The notes under the pieces are model-generated. The model worked only from the letters and a program-made list of their open reading frames with translations. It was not told where the DNA came from and did no database searches. The translations under genes and the position numbers were made by a program. DNA of 64,000 bases from Aureliella sp. GTDB taxonomy: Bacteria; Planctomycetota; Planctomycetia; Pirellulales; Pirellulaceae. Position 1 is the first letter of the stretch, and every line of letters begins with the position of its first letter. The stretch is from contig OY829846.1 of the NCBI GenBank assembly GCA_963691875.1, forward strand, positions 3,264,001 through 3,328,000. Reading direction: 5' to 3'. Below are positions 9,312-19,459 of this stretch, piece by piece.

Positions 9312-11456
9312 TTATGGCTTGCAGTAGCGATCGAGCCAATCGAAAAAGACACGGCCCCAAACCACCCCGTTCTGCGGCGACAAGACCCAGTGCCCCTCGC
9401 CAGGGAAGTACAAGAAACGGCTTGGAACACCTTGAGTCTGAGCAGCAGTGAACGCCTCCATGCCTTGCGTCACGGGCACACGGAAGTCTTTCTCGCCGTG
9501 GATGACAAGTAAAGGTGTCTTCCAGTTGCCTGCAAACTTATGAGGCGAAAACTTCTCGTACTTTGCTGCGACTTCCTGGCTCTTCCAGAATGGACCACCA
9601 AGATCCCAGTTGACGAAAAACAATTCTTCCGTTGAGCCGTACATTGACTCCAAATTGTAAACACCGCAGTGAGCAATCATGGAGCAGAAGCGATTCTCCG
9701 AGTTACCCATCAGCCAATAGACGGTGTAGCCGCCAAAGCTCGCTCCGATGGCAGCAACGCGTTCGCGATCAATTTTCGGGTCGGCCAACATTCCGTCAGT
9801 CGCGGCCAAAATATCCTGCATGGCTTGCCCGCCCCAATCGCCACTGATCTGGTCGTTCCAATCGCGGCCAAATCCCGGTAGTCCGCGGCGGTTCACGGCC
9901 AAGACAACGTATCCCTTGGAGGCCATCATGTGGAAATTCCAGCGGTAGGAGAACCACTGGCCGATCTGGCCCTGCGGTCCGCCTTGGCAGTAAGTCAACA
10001 TTGGCCATTGCTTGTCGTCGGACTCGTCGTAGTCAGGAGGAAGGATCACCCAATTGTGAATCTTCTTGCCGTCCGTCGCTGTAAAGAAACGTTCCTCGAT
10101 ACGAGGCAACTCCAAATCAGCGAAAATGCCACCGTTCACATCCGTGATGGTGACGCTCTCTTGCGTCTGCGTGTCGACCAGAGCCAACTCGGTCGGACGC
10201 AGCATACACTGCTGCCGAGCTAGAACTAGTGATGTGCCTGGCACGGGCGCTACCAACGAAAAGTTGTATCGCCCCTGCGAGATTTGCTTTAGCTCCGAGG
10301 ACTCAACGTCAATCATGTACAACTGATCTGTACCTCGCGTCTCACTTGCAAAGTACAGCGACTCATTGTCGTTGCTCCACGTCGCGTTGTGAGCGGTTTG
10401 ATCCAGCCCGCTGGTGATCTCCCGCATGCCGCCACCTTGGCGATCGTACAGCATGATGCGATTTCGATCGGACTCAAAACTGGCTCGTTCCATCGAATGA
10501 AAGGCCAAGTAACGGCCGTCGGACGAGTAGCGAGGCTCCATGTCGTAGCCTGGCATCCCTGGTGTAATAGATTTCATCGCACCGCCCTCAATAGAGACAG
10601 TATAGACCCCCGTATCGGTGCTCTCAGCTGGGTTATTGACCAGCTTCAAAGTCAAAGCCAGCTCTTGGCCATCGGGCGAAAACTCAAATTGCTCGGAACC
10701 ACCAAATGGAGGAACAGGGCAATCGGCTTTCAACGTGCTCATCAAGTCCTTGGCATCACTGGCCTTGCCCGCTTCGTCAATCTTGACAACATGCACGTGG
10801 CTGTAAGCATAATCGTGCCAAGCATTCCAGTGGCGGTAGAGCAGCGAGTCGATGATGCGAGCATCAGCTTTTGGCAAGTCTTTGTAAATCTCATTGACCT
10901 TTTGATCCATCTTCACGTCAACCGTGAAAGCGATCGCATTGCCAGCTGGCGAGACTTTCAGATTGGCAATTCCATCTTCAACTTCCGTTAGTTGCACCGC
11001 TTCCCCACCGGCTGGATCGAGCATCCAAGCTTGTGGTGCTCCAGACTTAGGCTCTTCGCCTTCAGCCGCTTCCTTGGAAGCTCCAGGGGCGATATATACA
11101 AGCTTTGCACCGGTGCTGTGATCGAACCAGCTGAGGTCATGCAGACCTTTGACGTCACTCTGCAGCGTCTTGGTAGGCATGGTCTTAAGCACACTATCGA
11201 AGGCCGCCGCTCGATCCGGACTTTCTGGCAACGTATTCGGTAGATCCTGCAAGTACAAAGTCACTCGGCCGCTGTTCTCCTCGAGGTCATAGCGAGTCAC
11301 CAGAAAGGCCAGTTGCGTCCCATCGGGCGAAACGGCCGAGCCACCAATTCGTCCCAGGTCCCAAAGTTTCTCTGGAGTGAGTCGCTCCCCAGCCGTGGCC
11401 GCAGGAGCAAAGATGGTGAGCAGGGCTATGGAAAATGCGAAGAGTGCGCGAGGCAT
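9312..11456 (-). CDS. S9 family peptidase (dipeptidyl-peptidase 5-like), secreted
   Basis: Signal peptide, propeller repeats (SPDG), GGPQ, nucleophile GASFGG, DFRVP, EGHWV. Confidence 0.93.
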   Translation of the reverse strand: MPRALFAFSIALLTIFAPAATAGERLTPEKLWDLGRIGGSAVSPDGTQLAFLVTRYDLEENSGRVTLYLQDLPNTLPESPDRAAAFDSVLKTMPTKTLQSDVKGLHDLSWFDHSTGAKLVYIAPGASKEAAEGEEPKSGAPQAWMLDPAGGEAVQLTEVEDGIANLKVSPAGNAIAFTVDVKMDQKVNEIYKDLPKADARIIDSLLYRHWNAWHDYAYSHVHVVKIDEAGKASDAKDLMSTLKADCPVPPFGGSEQFEFSPDGQELALTLKLVNNPAESTDTGVYTVSIEGGAMKSITPGMPGYDMEPRYSSDGRYLAFHSMERASFESDRNRIMLYDRQGGGMREITSGLDQTAHNATWSNDNESLYFASETRGTDQLYMIDVESSELKQISQGRYNFSLVAPVPGTSLVLARQQCMLRPTELALVDTQTQESVTITDVNGGIFADLELPRIEERFFTATDGKKIHNWVILPPDYDESDDKQWPMLTYCQGGPQGQIGQWFSYRWNFHMMASKGYVVLAVNRRGLPGFGRDWNDQISGDWGGQAMQDILAATDGMLADPKIDRERVAAIGASFGGYTVYWLMGNSENRFCSMIAHCGVYNLESMYGSTEELFFVNWDLGGPFWKSQEVAAKYEKFSPHKFAGNWKTPLLVIHGEKDFRVPVTQGMEAFTAAQTQGVPSRFLYFPGEGHWVLSPQNGVVWGRVFFDWLDRYCKP

Positions 11457-11714
11457 CGTTCAAATCCTTCACTGAGTGTACGCGACGATCAAGCGGGAAA
11501 AGTAAGCTATTTCACGGAACCGATAAGCCCCTAAGTCAGACCTTCACGCCCCAGATTACAACGATTTCGCCAACCCTCCAAGCGGCCATAGGCCGACATT
11601 CTTTTCAACCCTGGGCCAAGAGGGCAATCAGTCCGAAATTGAGCCGAATTTCCCTCAATGCTATAGTCCTCGCAGTCGCCATTTTATCTTGCCGCCAACT
11701 CTGAAAGCTTCAGT

Positions 11715-14057
11715 TTGATCTCCTCCGTGGCAAGTTTCTTGGTCCGTTGGCATCTTGGCCTGCTCACTACGGCGCTTGCAGTTGCGTTGATCGGCCTGCC
11801 TGTTTCGAACGATCTCAACTTGGATTGGTCCGTCGAGGGGATGTTTCCCCAGGACGATCCAAGCGTCGAAGCTTATCGTCATTTGCAAGGGCGGTTTGGT
11901 GCTAAGGATATCTGTTTAGCTGTGTACCATGATCCGGAGCTGTGGGATGCGTCTGGGGCAGGACTGAAGCGTCTAGGAGAGATCAGTAAAGGCTTGGCGA
12001 AAGTGGATGGCATACAGGCTGTCTTGAGCCTATCTGAGCTCGACCGAGTGCTAAAGACTGTGCGTGGCCCCATGCGACTGTTTGCCAACCCGGATGGCTC
12101 CCCACTGCTGGACCCCAACGACAAGCTTGCCCAAGCGTTAGCACGAGTCTTCGAAAACTATACCCATCGCCCGGAAACGAACTATGTCGCGATGGCTTGC
12201 ATGCTGGAAACGGTGGACAGCGAATCACGGCCTGGTCCTTCCGATCATGAAGCGACACTTCAGCGAATCGATGACTTCATGAAACAGATCCCTTCACCTG
12301 CGGCGCGAGGGATGGTAACCGGTGAACCAGTCTTGGTGGCCGAAGGCTTTAAGATGGTGCAGCGTGACGGAATTCGACTGGGCATCACCTGCTCAGTGAT
12401 CGTGTCCCTGGTGCTGTTGCTTTGCTTCCGATCACTGCGGTGGACCTTCATTCCGATGGCGGTGGTGCACTGGTCTTTGATCGCGACGCAAGCGAGTCTT
12501 GTCTGGCTCGCTATGGATTTGACCATGATCAGCAGCACGCTCACTTCGATCGTGACTGTGATTGGCGTGGCGACCTCCATCCACTTGCTACTTCGGTTCC
12601 AGGAAGAACGACGGCGCGGCGTTGAACGAAGGCAAGCTCTCGAATCAACCCTCCGTGTACTCCTCAAACCAATCTTCTTCGCCTGCGTCACGGATGCGGT
12701 CGGATTCTGCGCTCTGCTATTCGCTAACGTGGGCCCAGTGAGAGATTTCGGCCTGATGATGGCGATGGGCTCGATGGCCGTGTTTTTTGCAATCATTCTT
12801 GTTGTTCCAGGCCTTGCTTTGCTCGGCCCTTGGGATACCGATCCCCGAACACCAAAACTCGATTTAGCATTGCGTTTGATGCTTCGCAGAGTCTTGAAGT
12901 CTTGCCTGAAGCTTCGCAGAACAGGACTTGTGTCACTGTTCCTCGTGCTCACCCTTTCCGTTTGGGGAAGTCTTCGCATGCAAGTGGAGTCAGATTTCAC
13001 CAAGAACTTCAGGGCAGACAGCCCACTGATGCAAGGCTACTCCGTGATCGAAGACGAGCTGGGCGGAGCTGGAGTGTGGGACGTTATGCTACCCGCCCCT
13101 GCCAATTTAAGTGCGGAGTACTTGCGTGCAGTAGAAGAATTAGAGCAGGACCTGCGTGACCTGACGGTCGAGCTGGCTGGAAAGGACGATGATGGTGCGG
13201 CCGGTGAAATCCGATTGACTAAAGTGCTCAGTATCATCGATGCAGTAAGAGCCCTGGACGCCGAAATGATGACGCGAATAATCGCTCCGCTGGCTCGGCT
13301 AAAACTAATGCAATCGGCTATGCCCGAATTCTCGCAGGCATTGCTTACTCAGGCACCCGACGATAACGGTCAGCATTGGTTGCGGATCATGCTCCGAAGT
13401 CAGGAACAAGTACCGGCAGCTGCCAAGAGCGAGCTTGTAATGCGAGTGCAGAAACTCGTTCAAGAACGATGTCAGTCAGAAGAGTGGAAACAAATGCTTG
13501 GCAATAGCTTTGTGAAGGACGAGCTACCTATTGCAGAAGTTGCTGGTTATCACGTGATGCTTGGCAGACTCGTTGAGAATGTTTTGGCGGATCAATGGCG
13601 TTGCTTCTTCATCGCCGCTGGCGGAGTATTCGTCATCATGTGCATTGCGATCGGCAGCTGGAAGCTGGCCGCAGTGACATTGATTCCAAACTCGCTGCCA
13701 ATCTTGCTAGTACTCGGTTACCTCGGCTGGACCGGGACTCGAGCCAACATGGGGGTCGCACTTATCGCGGCCGTGTCATTGGGACTTTCGATCGATAGCT
13801 CCATTCACTACCTCTCACATTATCGCCGCAGGATCAGCGAAGGATCCAAGCCACGCAAGGCCATGCAGTCAGCACAGGAAAATGTTGGGCTAGCCGCCTT
13901 GCTAGCGACCATCGCCTTGGTAGCCGGATTTGTCACTCTTTGTATCAGCGAGTTCGAACCTACTGTCGTCTTTGGCGGTCTAGCCAGTGTCACGTTGCTC
14001 GGCGGCCTACTGGGAAACCTAGTTATCTTGCCTCTGTTGATCGCTGGCAAAGAATGA
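11715..14057 (+). CDS. MMPL/RND family transporter
   Basis: 780 aa with two repeats of periplasmic loop plus TM block; TDAVGF, PVRDFG, GLSIDSSIH. Confidence 0.9.
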   Translation: MISSVASFLVRWHLGLLTTALAVALIGLPVSNDLNLDWSVEGMFPQDDPSVEAYRHLQGRFGAKDICLAVYHDPELWDASGAGLKRLGEISKGLAKVDGIQAVLSLSELDRVLKTVRGPMRLFANPDGSPLLDPNDKLAQALARVFENYTHRPETNYVAMACMLETVDSESRPGPSDHEATLQRIDDFMKQIPSPAARGMVTGEPVLVAEGFKMVQRDGIRLGITCSVIVSLVLLLCFRSLRWTFIPMAVVHWSLIATQASLVWLAMDLTMISSTLTSIVTVIGVATSIHLLLRFQEERRRGVERRQALESTLRVLLKPIFFACVTDAVGFCALLFANVGPVRDFGLMMAMGSMAVFFAIILVVPGLALLGPWDTDPRTPKLDLALRLMLRRVLKSCLKLRRTGLVSLFLVLTLSVWGSLRMQVESDFTKNFRADSPLMQGYSVIEDELGGAGVWDVMLPAPANLSAEYLRAVEELEQDLRDLTVELAGKDDDGAAGEIRLTKVLSIIDAVRALDAEMMTRIIAPLARLKLMQSAMPEFSQALLTQAPDDNGQHWLRIMLRSQEQVPAAAKSELVMRVQKLVQERCQSEEWKQMLGNSFVKDELPIAEVAGYHVMLGRLVENVLADQWRCFFIAAGGVFVIMCIAIGSWKLAAVTLIPNSLPILLVLGYLGWTGTRANMGVALIAAVSLGLSIDSSIHYLSHYRRRISEGSKPRKAMQSAQENVGLAALLATIALVAGFVTLCISEFEPTVVFGGLASVTLLGGLLGNLVILPLLIAGKE

Positions 14058-14181
14058 CTCCTAGCCAAGTTGATTCGCCCACCTTTGGTAAACCCACAGG
14101 CCAAGTAGAATGCCTAGCACTGGTAGCTCATTGGCTGTTCAATGTGAGAATGCCGGTTCACCCTGACACAGAAAAGGCTGC

Positions 14182-15108
14182 ATGTCGAATCCTAAAGACA
14201 CTGTCCGCGTTGGACTCGCAGCAGCTATTGGGGCTTATCTTCTCTGGGGCGTGTTTCCGATCTTCTGGAAACAGCTTGGAAAATTCGATCCGCTTCAGGT
14301 CGTGGGACATCGTGTCATCTGGTCTTTTCTGATCCTGACTGCGATTAGCTTTTGGTTTCTGCAAGGATCTGAGACACGAAAGAAGTTTTTCTCCGCGTTG
14401 CTTGATCCGAAAGTATGGCGAACGTTTGCAATCGCGGGCTTGATGATTGCTTCTAACTGGTTGGCCTTTGTATGGGCGATGAGTCACGACCGAGTCGTTC
14501 AGGCTTCGCTGGGATATTACATCAACCCTCTTTTCAATGTCCTCCTCGGCGTCGTGCTTCTCGGCGAACGCCTAAACAAGATGCAATGGTTTGCTATTGC
14601 AATCGCAGCCAGTGGTGTCGTCATCTTCACCGTGGCTTTGGGGGGCTTGCCGTGGGTTTCACTCGTCCTCGCCGTCACCTTTGCGCTCTATTCGCTGGTG
14701 AAGAAAAAGGCTACGTTGCCGGCTCTGCAGGGATTATATCTAGAAACCACGGTCTTGCTGGTGCCAGCCGTTGTTTTCTTGGGCTATGTGGAGTCAACGA
14801 GTCAAGACGGCGCGTTCCAGTCGGGCGATCTGCGACTACTCGTCTTGCTAGTGCTGGGAGGAACGGTCACGATCGCGCCGCTGGCACTCTTTGCTTTCGC
14901 AGCGAAACGAGCACCTTTGTCATCGATCGGCGTTTTGCAGTACATTGCTCCAACGATGCAGTTTCTTCTCGGCGTTTGTCTCTACGGCGAGGAATTTGAC
15001 ACCCTACAGCTGGTTGGCTTCTCGTTCGTATGGCTGGCACTAGCCGTCTATCTTTGGAGCAGCCGTTCCAATAACCAGCCCGTGTCTAGCAAAGATACAG
15101 AGCAGTAG
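14182..15108 (+). CDS. rarD: EamA family transporter RarD
   Basis: YLLWG, HRVIWS, SNW, ASLGYYINPL, GVLQYIAPTMQFLLG. Confidence 0.93.
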   Translation: MSNPKDTVRVGLAAAIGAYLLWGVFPIFWKQLGKFDPLQVVGHRVIWSFLILTAISFWFLQGSETRKKFFSALLDPKVWRTFAIAGLMIASNWLAFVWAMSHDRVVQASLGYYINPLFNVLLGVVLLGERLNKMQWFAIAIAASGVVIFTVALGGLPWVSLVLAVTFALYSLVKKKATLPALQGLYLETTVLLVPAVVFLGYVESTSQDGAFQSGDLRLLVLLVLGGTVTIAPLALFAFAAKRAPLSSIGVLQYIAPTMQFLLGVCLYGEEFDTLQLVGFSFVWLALAVYLWSSRSNNQPVSSKDTEQ

Positions 15109-15116
15109 TTTTCTGA

Positions 15117-16310
15117 CTACTTTCTTCGAATGAAGATAAGAGCATTCGAAAGTTCGCGATACTCATCACCTGGTGGTGGCTGAAGCATCTGCATGTCTCC
15201 AAAGCCCATCTCGCGTTGCTCGTTCGAAACGTACTTCGGCTGAGAAAACGGTACCGTCGTGGACACTTGCCCAGCAATACTAACAGAGACAGGGGCAGCA
15301 AACTTCTGGCTAACTGAGAAGCGATTCCCCGTGCATTCGGCGACGGATTTCAGCAGCTGTTTTTGAGCCGTGTCGTAGCCCAATCCAAAACCGATACGTG
15401 GAAAGTCATCTTTATTGAGGGAAATCTGATCCAGAGCTCGACTCAGGTCTGCGGCGGGAGCACGCACGAATAAGATCGATGCATCTTCCCAATCCCCCTC
15501 CTCCTTGTTAACAAGCATTCGTGCCTCGGAGATCGCCTTTTTCACTTTCGCGTCTCCTTTGATCGGCTCGTCTATGTCGATCCCAGACTGCTTGAAGACG
15601 CGACTGAGAAAATCGTTCTTGTGAGCGTGCTCCGACACTTCAATGTCGACCAACATAACCAAGAATATTGCTGGGAACTCCATTTCGCTAACATAGACAA
15701 TATCCCTCTTGGGAGCTGGGTTGAGCTGTTCAGGCTCGTGTCCTGGAAACGGATTCTGCGGCAGCATTTCTTCTGCATCAGGTTCCTGTGCAAGCTGTGT
15801 ACCTGGAGCCGGATCTACTTTATCTTCGCTCTCTGCCAGATTCGAATCAGAAGGGGCGAGCAGAGTTGGCAGACTGAAGAGCAGTAAAAGTGCAGCCGCA
15901 ACACCTAGCGCACAGGCCCAAACGTACTTGCCTGAACCTGGTGCACTCATCTGCTCTTGCTTGGCCGGCTCAACCTCGCTCTCTGGCCTATTGCCGAGCA
16001 CAAAATGGTCGCTCGCACCTTGGCGTCTAACCTCTTCCTGAGCTGCCGCGATGACACGCTCCGCAAAGTCGCTCCCAAGTCCGCGAGGGTCCCCCGGACC
16101 TGCGCCGTGGCCAGCATGCGTCTTAGAAAGCTTCGAGACGGCAAAGTGAGTTCTTAACTTGCTTTGTACTTCGTGCAAAGAATCTACCCGAGCCTGCGCA
16201 GCGTTATTACCAGCAAGCATCCCCTCTGCTTGCTCGCGCTCGGAATCGCTGACTGCGTCATCCACGTACGCATTCAGCAATTCATCGTCTCTTTCGTCCT
16301 CGGGTAACAT
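15117..16310 (-). CDS. Anti-sigma-factor-like membrane protein
   Basis: N-terminal ELLNAYVDDAVSDSEREQAE, one TM helix, long C-terminal domain. Confidence 0.65.
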   Translation of the reverse strand: MLPEDERDDELLNAYVDDAVSDSEREQAEGMLAGNNAAQARVDSLHEVQSKLRTHFAVSKLSKTHAGHGAGPGDPRGLGSDFAERVIAAAQEEVRRQGASDHFVLGNRPESEVEPAKQEQMSAPGSGKYVWACALGVAAALLLLFSLPTLLAPSDSNLAESEDKVDPAPGTQLAQEPDAEEMLPQNPFPGHEPEQLNPAPKRDIVYVSEMEFPAIFLVMLVDIEVSEHAHKNDFLSRVFKQSGIDIDEPIKGDAKVKKAISEARMLVNKEEGDWEDASILFVRAPAADLSRALDQISLNKDDFPRIGFGLGYDTAQKQLLKSVAECTGNRFSVSQKFAAPVSVSIAGQVSTTVPFSQPKYVSNEQREMGFGDMQMLQPPPGDEYRELSNALIFIRRK

Positions 16311-16659
16311 TACTCACTCACTCTGGATTGCAATTATTGCAAACCGCTACAACCGACTTTAAAACGTGCGTTCCACGCCGATGTTTTCTCCTCACCACTC
16401 TTTACTAGCCACTTTACAGCTGGGACCAGATTAATATCGGCTCACACCGCAAGGCTGATGGACCACTAAGCACAAGAAGGCCGTAAATGGCGGTCAGGAT
16501 GCGGATTTCTGTCTCAAATTGCCACAGAAGTAGCCCCATATCTGGGATGATAACCTACCAAGATCAGTTCCTTGAAAAGGGACTGAAATGTTTGAATTGA
16601 AACGATTTCGAGGAGAATCCAAGTTCGTTACACTCCGTAGAGGGAGTTTTTGAGGTTCT

Positions 16660-17199
16660 CTAGCCCTCCAAACCCGACAATCTGGGGGGTTTAATTACTT
16701 CTTCCCGTAATGCAAACTCCGCCTTGGCTCTCTCGTTTTCGAGATAATGGGAGAGTATGAGGTGAGCCGCTAGACCATCAACGCGTTTCTTTTTCTGCTT
16801 GGCGGACATTGGTGCTTCTTGTAGCAGACGACGAGCTTCACGCGTTGTAAACCTTTCGTCATATAGGACATAAGGCCGCTGAGTCGCTTCCTGCAACCAC
16901 TGGCAGAACTCGCGAGCTTCCGTGGATTTTTGACTCTCTTTTCCATCGCAGTGGATTGGAAGGCCGACTACCCAGCCGACCAAGCTTTCATCCTCGGCAA
17001 GCTTGCAGAAGTACTCATTGTCGAGTTTTTCTTTGCGACGCGTGTAGGTTTCATAGGGCGTGACCCAGTGCTGGGAAGGATCGCAAGTTGCGATTCCGAT
17101 GCGAACCGTTCCAAAGTCGACTCCAGCCAACCTCCCTTCTGGTGGCAAGCATCCACCCGCCTCTGGCATAGGCCGAATATCGTCTTTGTTTTCGCTCAT
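16660..17199 (-). CDS. ruvX: YqgF/RuvX pre-16S rRNA nuclease
   Basis: GVDFGTVRIGIA, VVGLP, DERFTTREA, VDGLAAHLIL. Start set at ATG 17199. Confidence 0.93.
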   Translation of the reverse strand: MSENKDDIRPMPEAGGCLPPEGRLAGVDFGTVRIGIATCDPSQHWVTPYETYTRRKEKLDNEYFCKLAEDESLVGWVVGLPIHCDGKESQKSTEAREFCQWLQEATQRPYVLYDERFTTREARRLLQEAPMSAKQKKKRVDGLAAHLILSHYLENERAKAEFALREEVIKPPRLSGLEG

Positions 17200-17384
17200 A
17201 AAGAAGGGCCACTCATGGAGAAGGAGTCTACAGTGTCGACGTTTCCGAAGTGCGTGCAAGTGAAAATCGAATTCTGCTGAGAGCAAATTCCTTGCGCTAT
17301 CTTTATCACCTTAACAGTATCTAAGTTCCGGTAGTCAGTGATCTTGGCCGCGACGCTACTCTCTTCTTCTCCTCAAGCGTTTCT

Positions 17385-17738
17385 ATGTCCGAGTCTCTTC
17401 AGCTTTTTGAGCCGGTCGCCATCGATTCCCCCGTGCGGACCGGACCACCAAGAGCCACATTGACGGTACTTGGCTGGACGATCGGCATGGCCTGTCTCGC
17501 CTTTGCCCTGACCCTTGTCGGAATTCCAGTAGTCGTCTTCGTACTTGACGTTTCGATGAATCTGGTGACAGGGATACAATGGATCGATTCGATGCTTTAC
17601 AGTCTAGCCGGCCCGATCTCCATTTCCATCGTCGCTGTCATCTTGGCATTTTTCGCGTCTTCCGCGGGAGCCGCAATCGGCCTGGTTCTCGGAGTCCTCG
17701 CCTTTGTGCGAAAACGGAGGCGGTGGAACAAAAGGTAG
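17385..17738 (+). CDS. Hypothetical membrane protein
   Basis: 117 aa with hydrophobic helices and a basic C-terminus. Confidence 0.65.
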   Translation: MSESLQLFEPVAIDSPVRTGPPRATLTVLGWTIGMACLAFALTLVGIPVVVFVLDVSMNLVTGIQWIDSMLYSLAGPISISIVAVILAFFASSAGAAIGLVLGVLAFVRKRRRWNKR

Positions 17739-17745
17739 AAACGCA

Positions 17746-18210
17746 GTGAGCGAACCTAACAGTCCCGTCAAAGAGCAATCAGTAACACCGGATAGCCAAC
17801 TAACCCGACCGCTCAGGTGGCTCAGCTTGCCTGGCCTGCTGCTCCTGACTGGTATCGCCGCCATCCAACTCTCCAATCGGTTCGCTTGGCTTGAGTACGA
17901 TAGCGAGGCGGCTTGTTTCTTCGCCCCGTTCCTGATCTTCCTAACGCTCAGCGGCTTTATGGCTTGGACTCGAATCGGGATCTTCGGCTCATTCATGATC
18001 AATGCGCTGGCAACCAGCGCAAGTTACCTCGTCTTTCGCCTGGAAATCCACTTTGGATGGCTAGCAGAGCAACATCCGATCGAAACTGCTCGACTTGACG
18101 TACACAGTTTCATGGGGCTCTGCCTATCCATGGCTTTCGGTCTTTCGGCCGTTTTTCTAGTGTCAATTATTCGCGACACCTTCGGTATCAAACTCGAAGA
18201 GGAGAGCTGA
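17746..18210 (+). CDS. Hypothetical membrane protein
   Basis: About 4 hydrophobic segments. GTG at 17746 lies just after the upstream stop. Confidence 0.6.
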   Translation: MSEPNSPVKEQSVTPDSQLTRPLRWLSLPGLLLLTGIAAIQLSNRFAWLEYDSEAACFFAPFLIFLTLSGFMAWTRIGIFGSFMINALATSASYLVFRLEIHFGWLAEQHPIETARLDVHSFMGLCLSMAFGLSAVFLVSIIRDTFGIKLEEES

Positions 18211-18334
18211 GATCCAAACCCAGAACCGACAAGCGGCAATGTCTCTAAGGCTTTCAACGAGACAGATAGGTTGGATACAATGTTGGTGAATATCCGCGTT
18301 TCTTGCACTTGCCCCACTCTAGGACGAACCAACA

Positions 18335-19414
18335 ATGGCATCCAAAATAAGAGTCGTTGGTATCTCCTTCGAACACATGCACATGGGAGACGATCTGCGC
18401 ATGGCTGCAGAGCATCCTGACTGCGAAGTGGTTGGGATCTGCGATGCCAAGCGAGAACGCATGCTAGCAGCGCAAGCTGACTTACGACTTACCGACGATC
18501 GGCTTTTCGAGGATTGGAAAACTTGTATCGAGACGTGCTCTCCGGACATCGTTGTTCTTTGCCCAGCCACGGGAGATCACGGAATTTGGGTCCAACGATT
18601 ATCGCCCTACAAAGTGCCCATCCTTTTGGAAAAACCCATGGCAGCTTCTCTGGCAGATGCAGATACCATGATCGCTGCATGCCAAGAGCATGGTACACCA
18701 CTCGCCATTAACTGGCCGCTAGTCTGGGTGCCAAGTCATCGGACAGCCAAGCGACTCATTGACGAAGGACGCATCGGGGCACTGCGAGAAGTGCATTACT
18801 ATGACGGCAATCGCGGCCCGCTATGGCACACTGCGGGCAAACAGAAAATCACTGCTGAACAAGTACAAAAAGAGAAACCAGAGAGTTGGTTTTACAAGCA
18901 AGAAGCAGGTGGCGGTTCTCTACTCGACTACCTCGGCTATGGCGTGACGCTGGGCACTTGGTTTATGGGTGGCGAGTCACCGATCGAAGTGACTGCCGTT
19001 TGGGATGAACCTGATGGTTTAGACGTCGATGAACATTCGATCACGATCGCAAGATATCAGCACGGTATCAGTAAATTCGAAACGCGTTGGGGAACTTTCA
19101 CAGATCCGTGGACGCACCAACCCCAGCCAAAATGCGGTTTCGTATTGGTTGGCACCGAAGGTACGATTAGCTCTTACGACTACGAATCAACGATACGCGT
19201 ACAAGACCGTTCCAGTCCCGCTGGTGAAGACTACCCAGTTGATGAACTTGATTCGCCGCAGCAGAATCCGATCCAGTACTTCGTGGATTGTTTGCAGCAC
19301 GATAAACCGGTCGACGGGCCACTTTCACCGCAGTTGAGCCGTATCGGCCAGCAGATTGTTGATACGGCTTTCCAGTCAGCCAAGCAAAAGCGAACACTGC
19401 CGCTGTTACAATAG
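18335..19414 (+). CDS. Gfo/Idh/MocA family oxidoreductase
   Basis: HMHMGD, LLEKPMA, INWP, GGGSLLDYLGYG. Confidence 0.92.
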   Translation: MASKIRVVGISFEHMHMGDDLRMAAEHPDCEVVGICDAKRERMLAAQADLRLTDDRLFEDWKTCIETCSPDIVVLCPATGDHGIWVQRLSPYKVPILLEKPMAASLADADTMIAACQEHGTPLAINWPLVWVPSHRTAKRLIDEGRIGALREVHYYDGNRGPLWHTAGKQKITAEQVQKEKPESWFYKQEAGGGSLLDYLGYGVTLGTWFMGGESPIEVTAVWDEPDGLDVDEHSITIARYQHGISKFETRWGTFTDPWTHQPQPKCGFVLVGTEGTISSYDYESTIRVQDRSSPAGEDYPVDELDSPQQNPIQYFVDCLQHDKPVDGPLSPQLSRIGQQIVDTAFQSAKQKRTLPLLQ

Positions 19415-19459
19415 ACCTGTGCTTTCCCTACCAAGCAAAAAGATCTATTGCACTGATTC

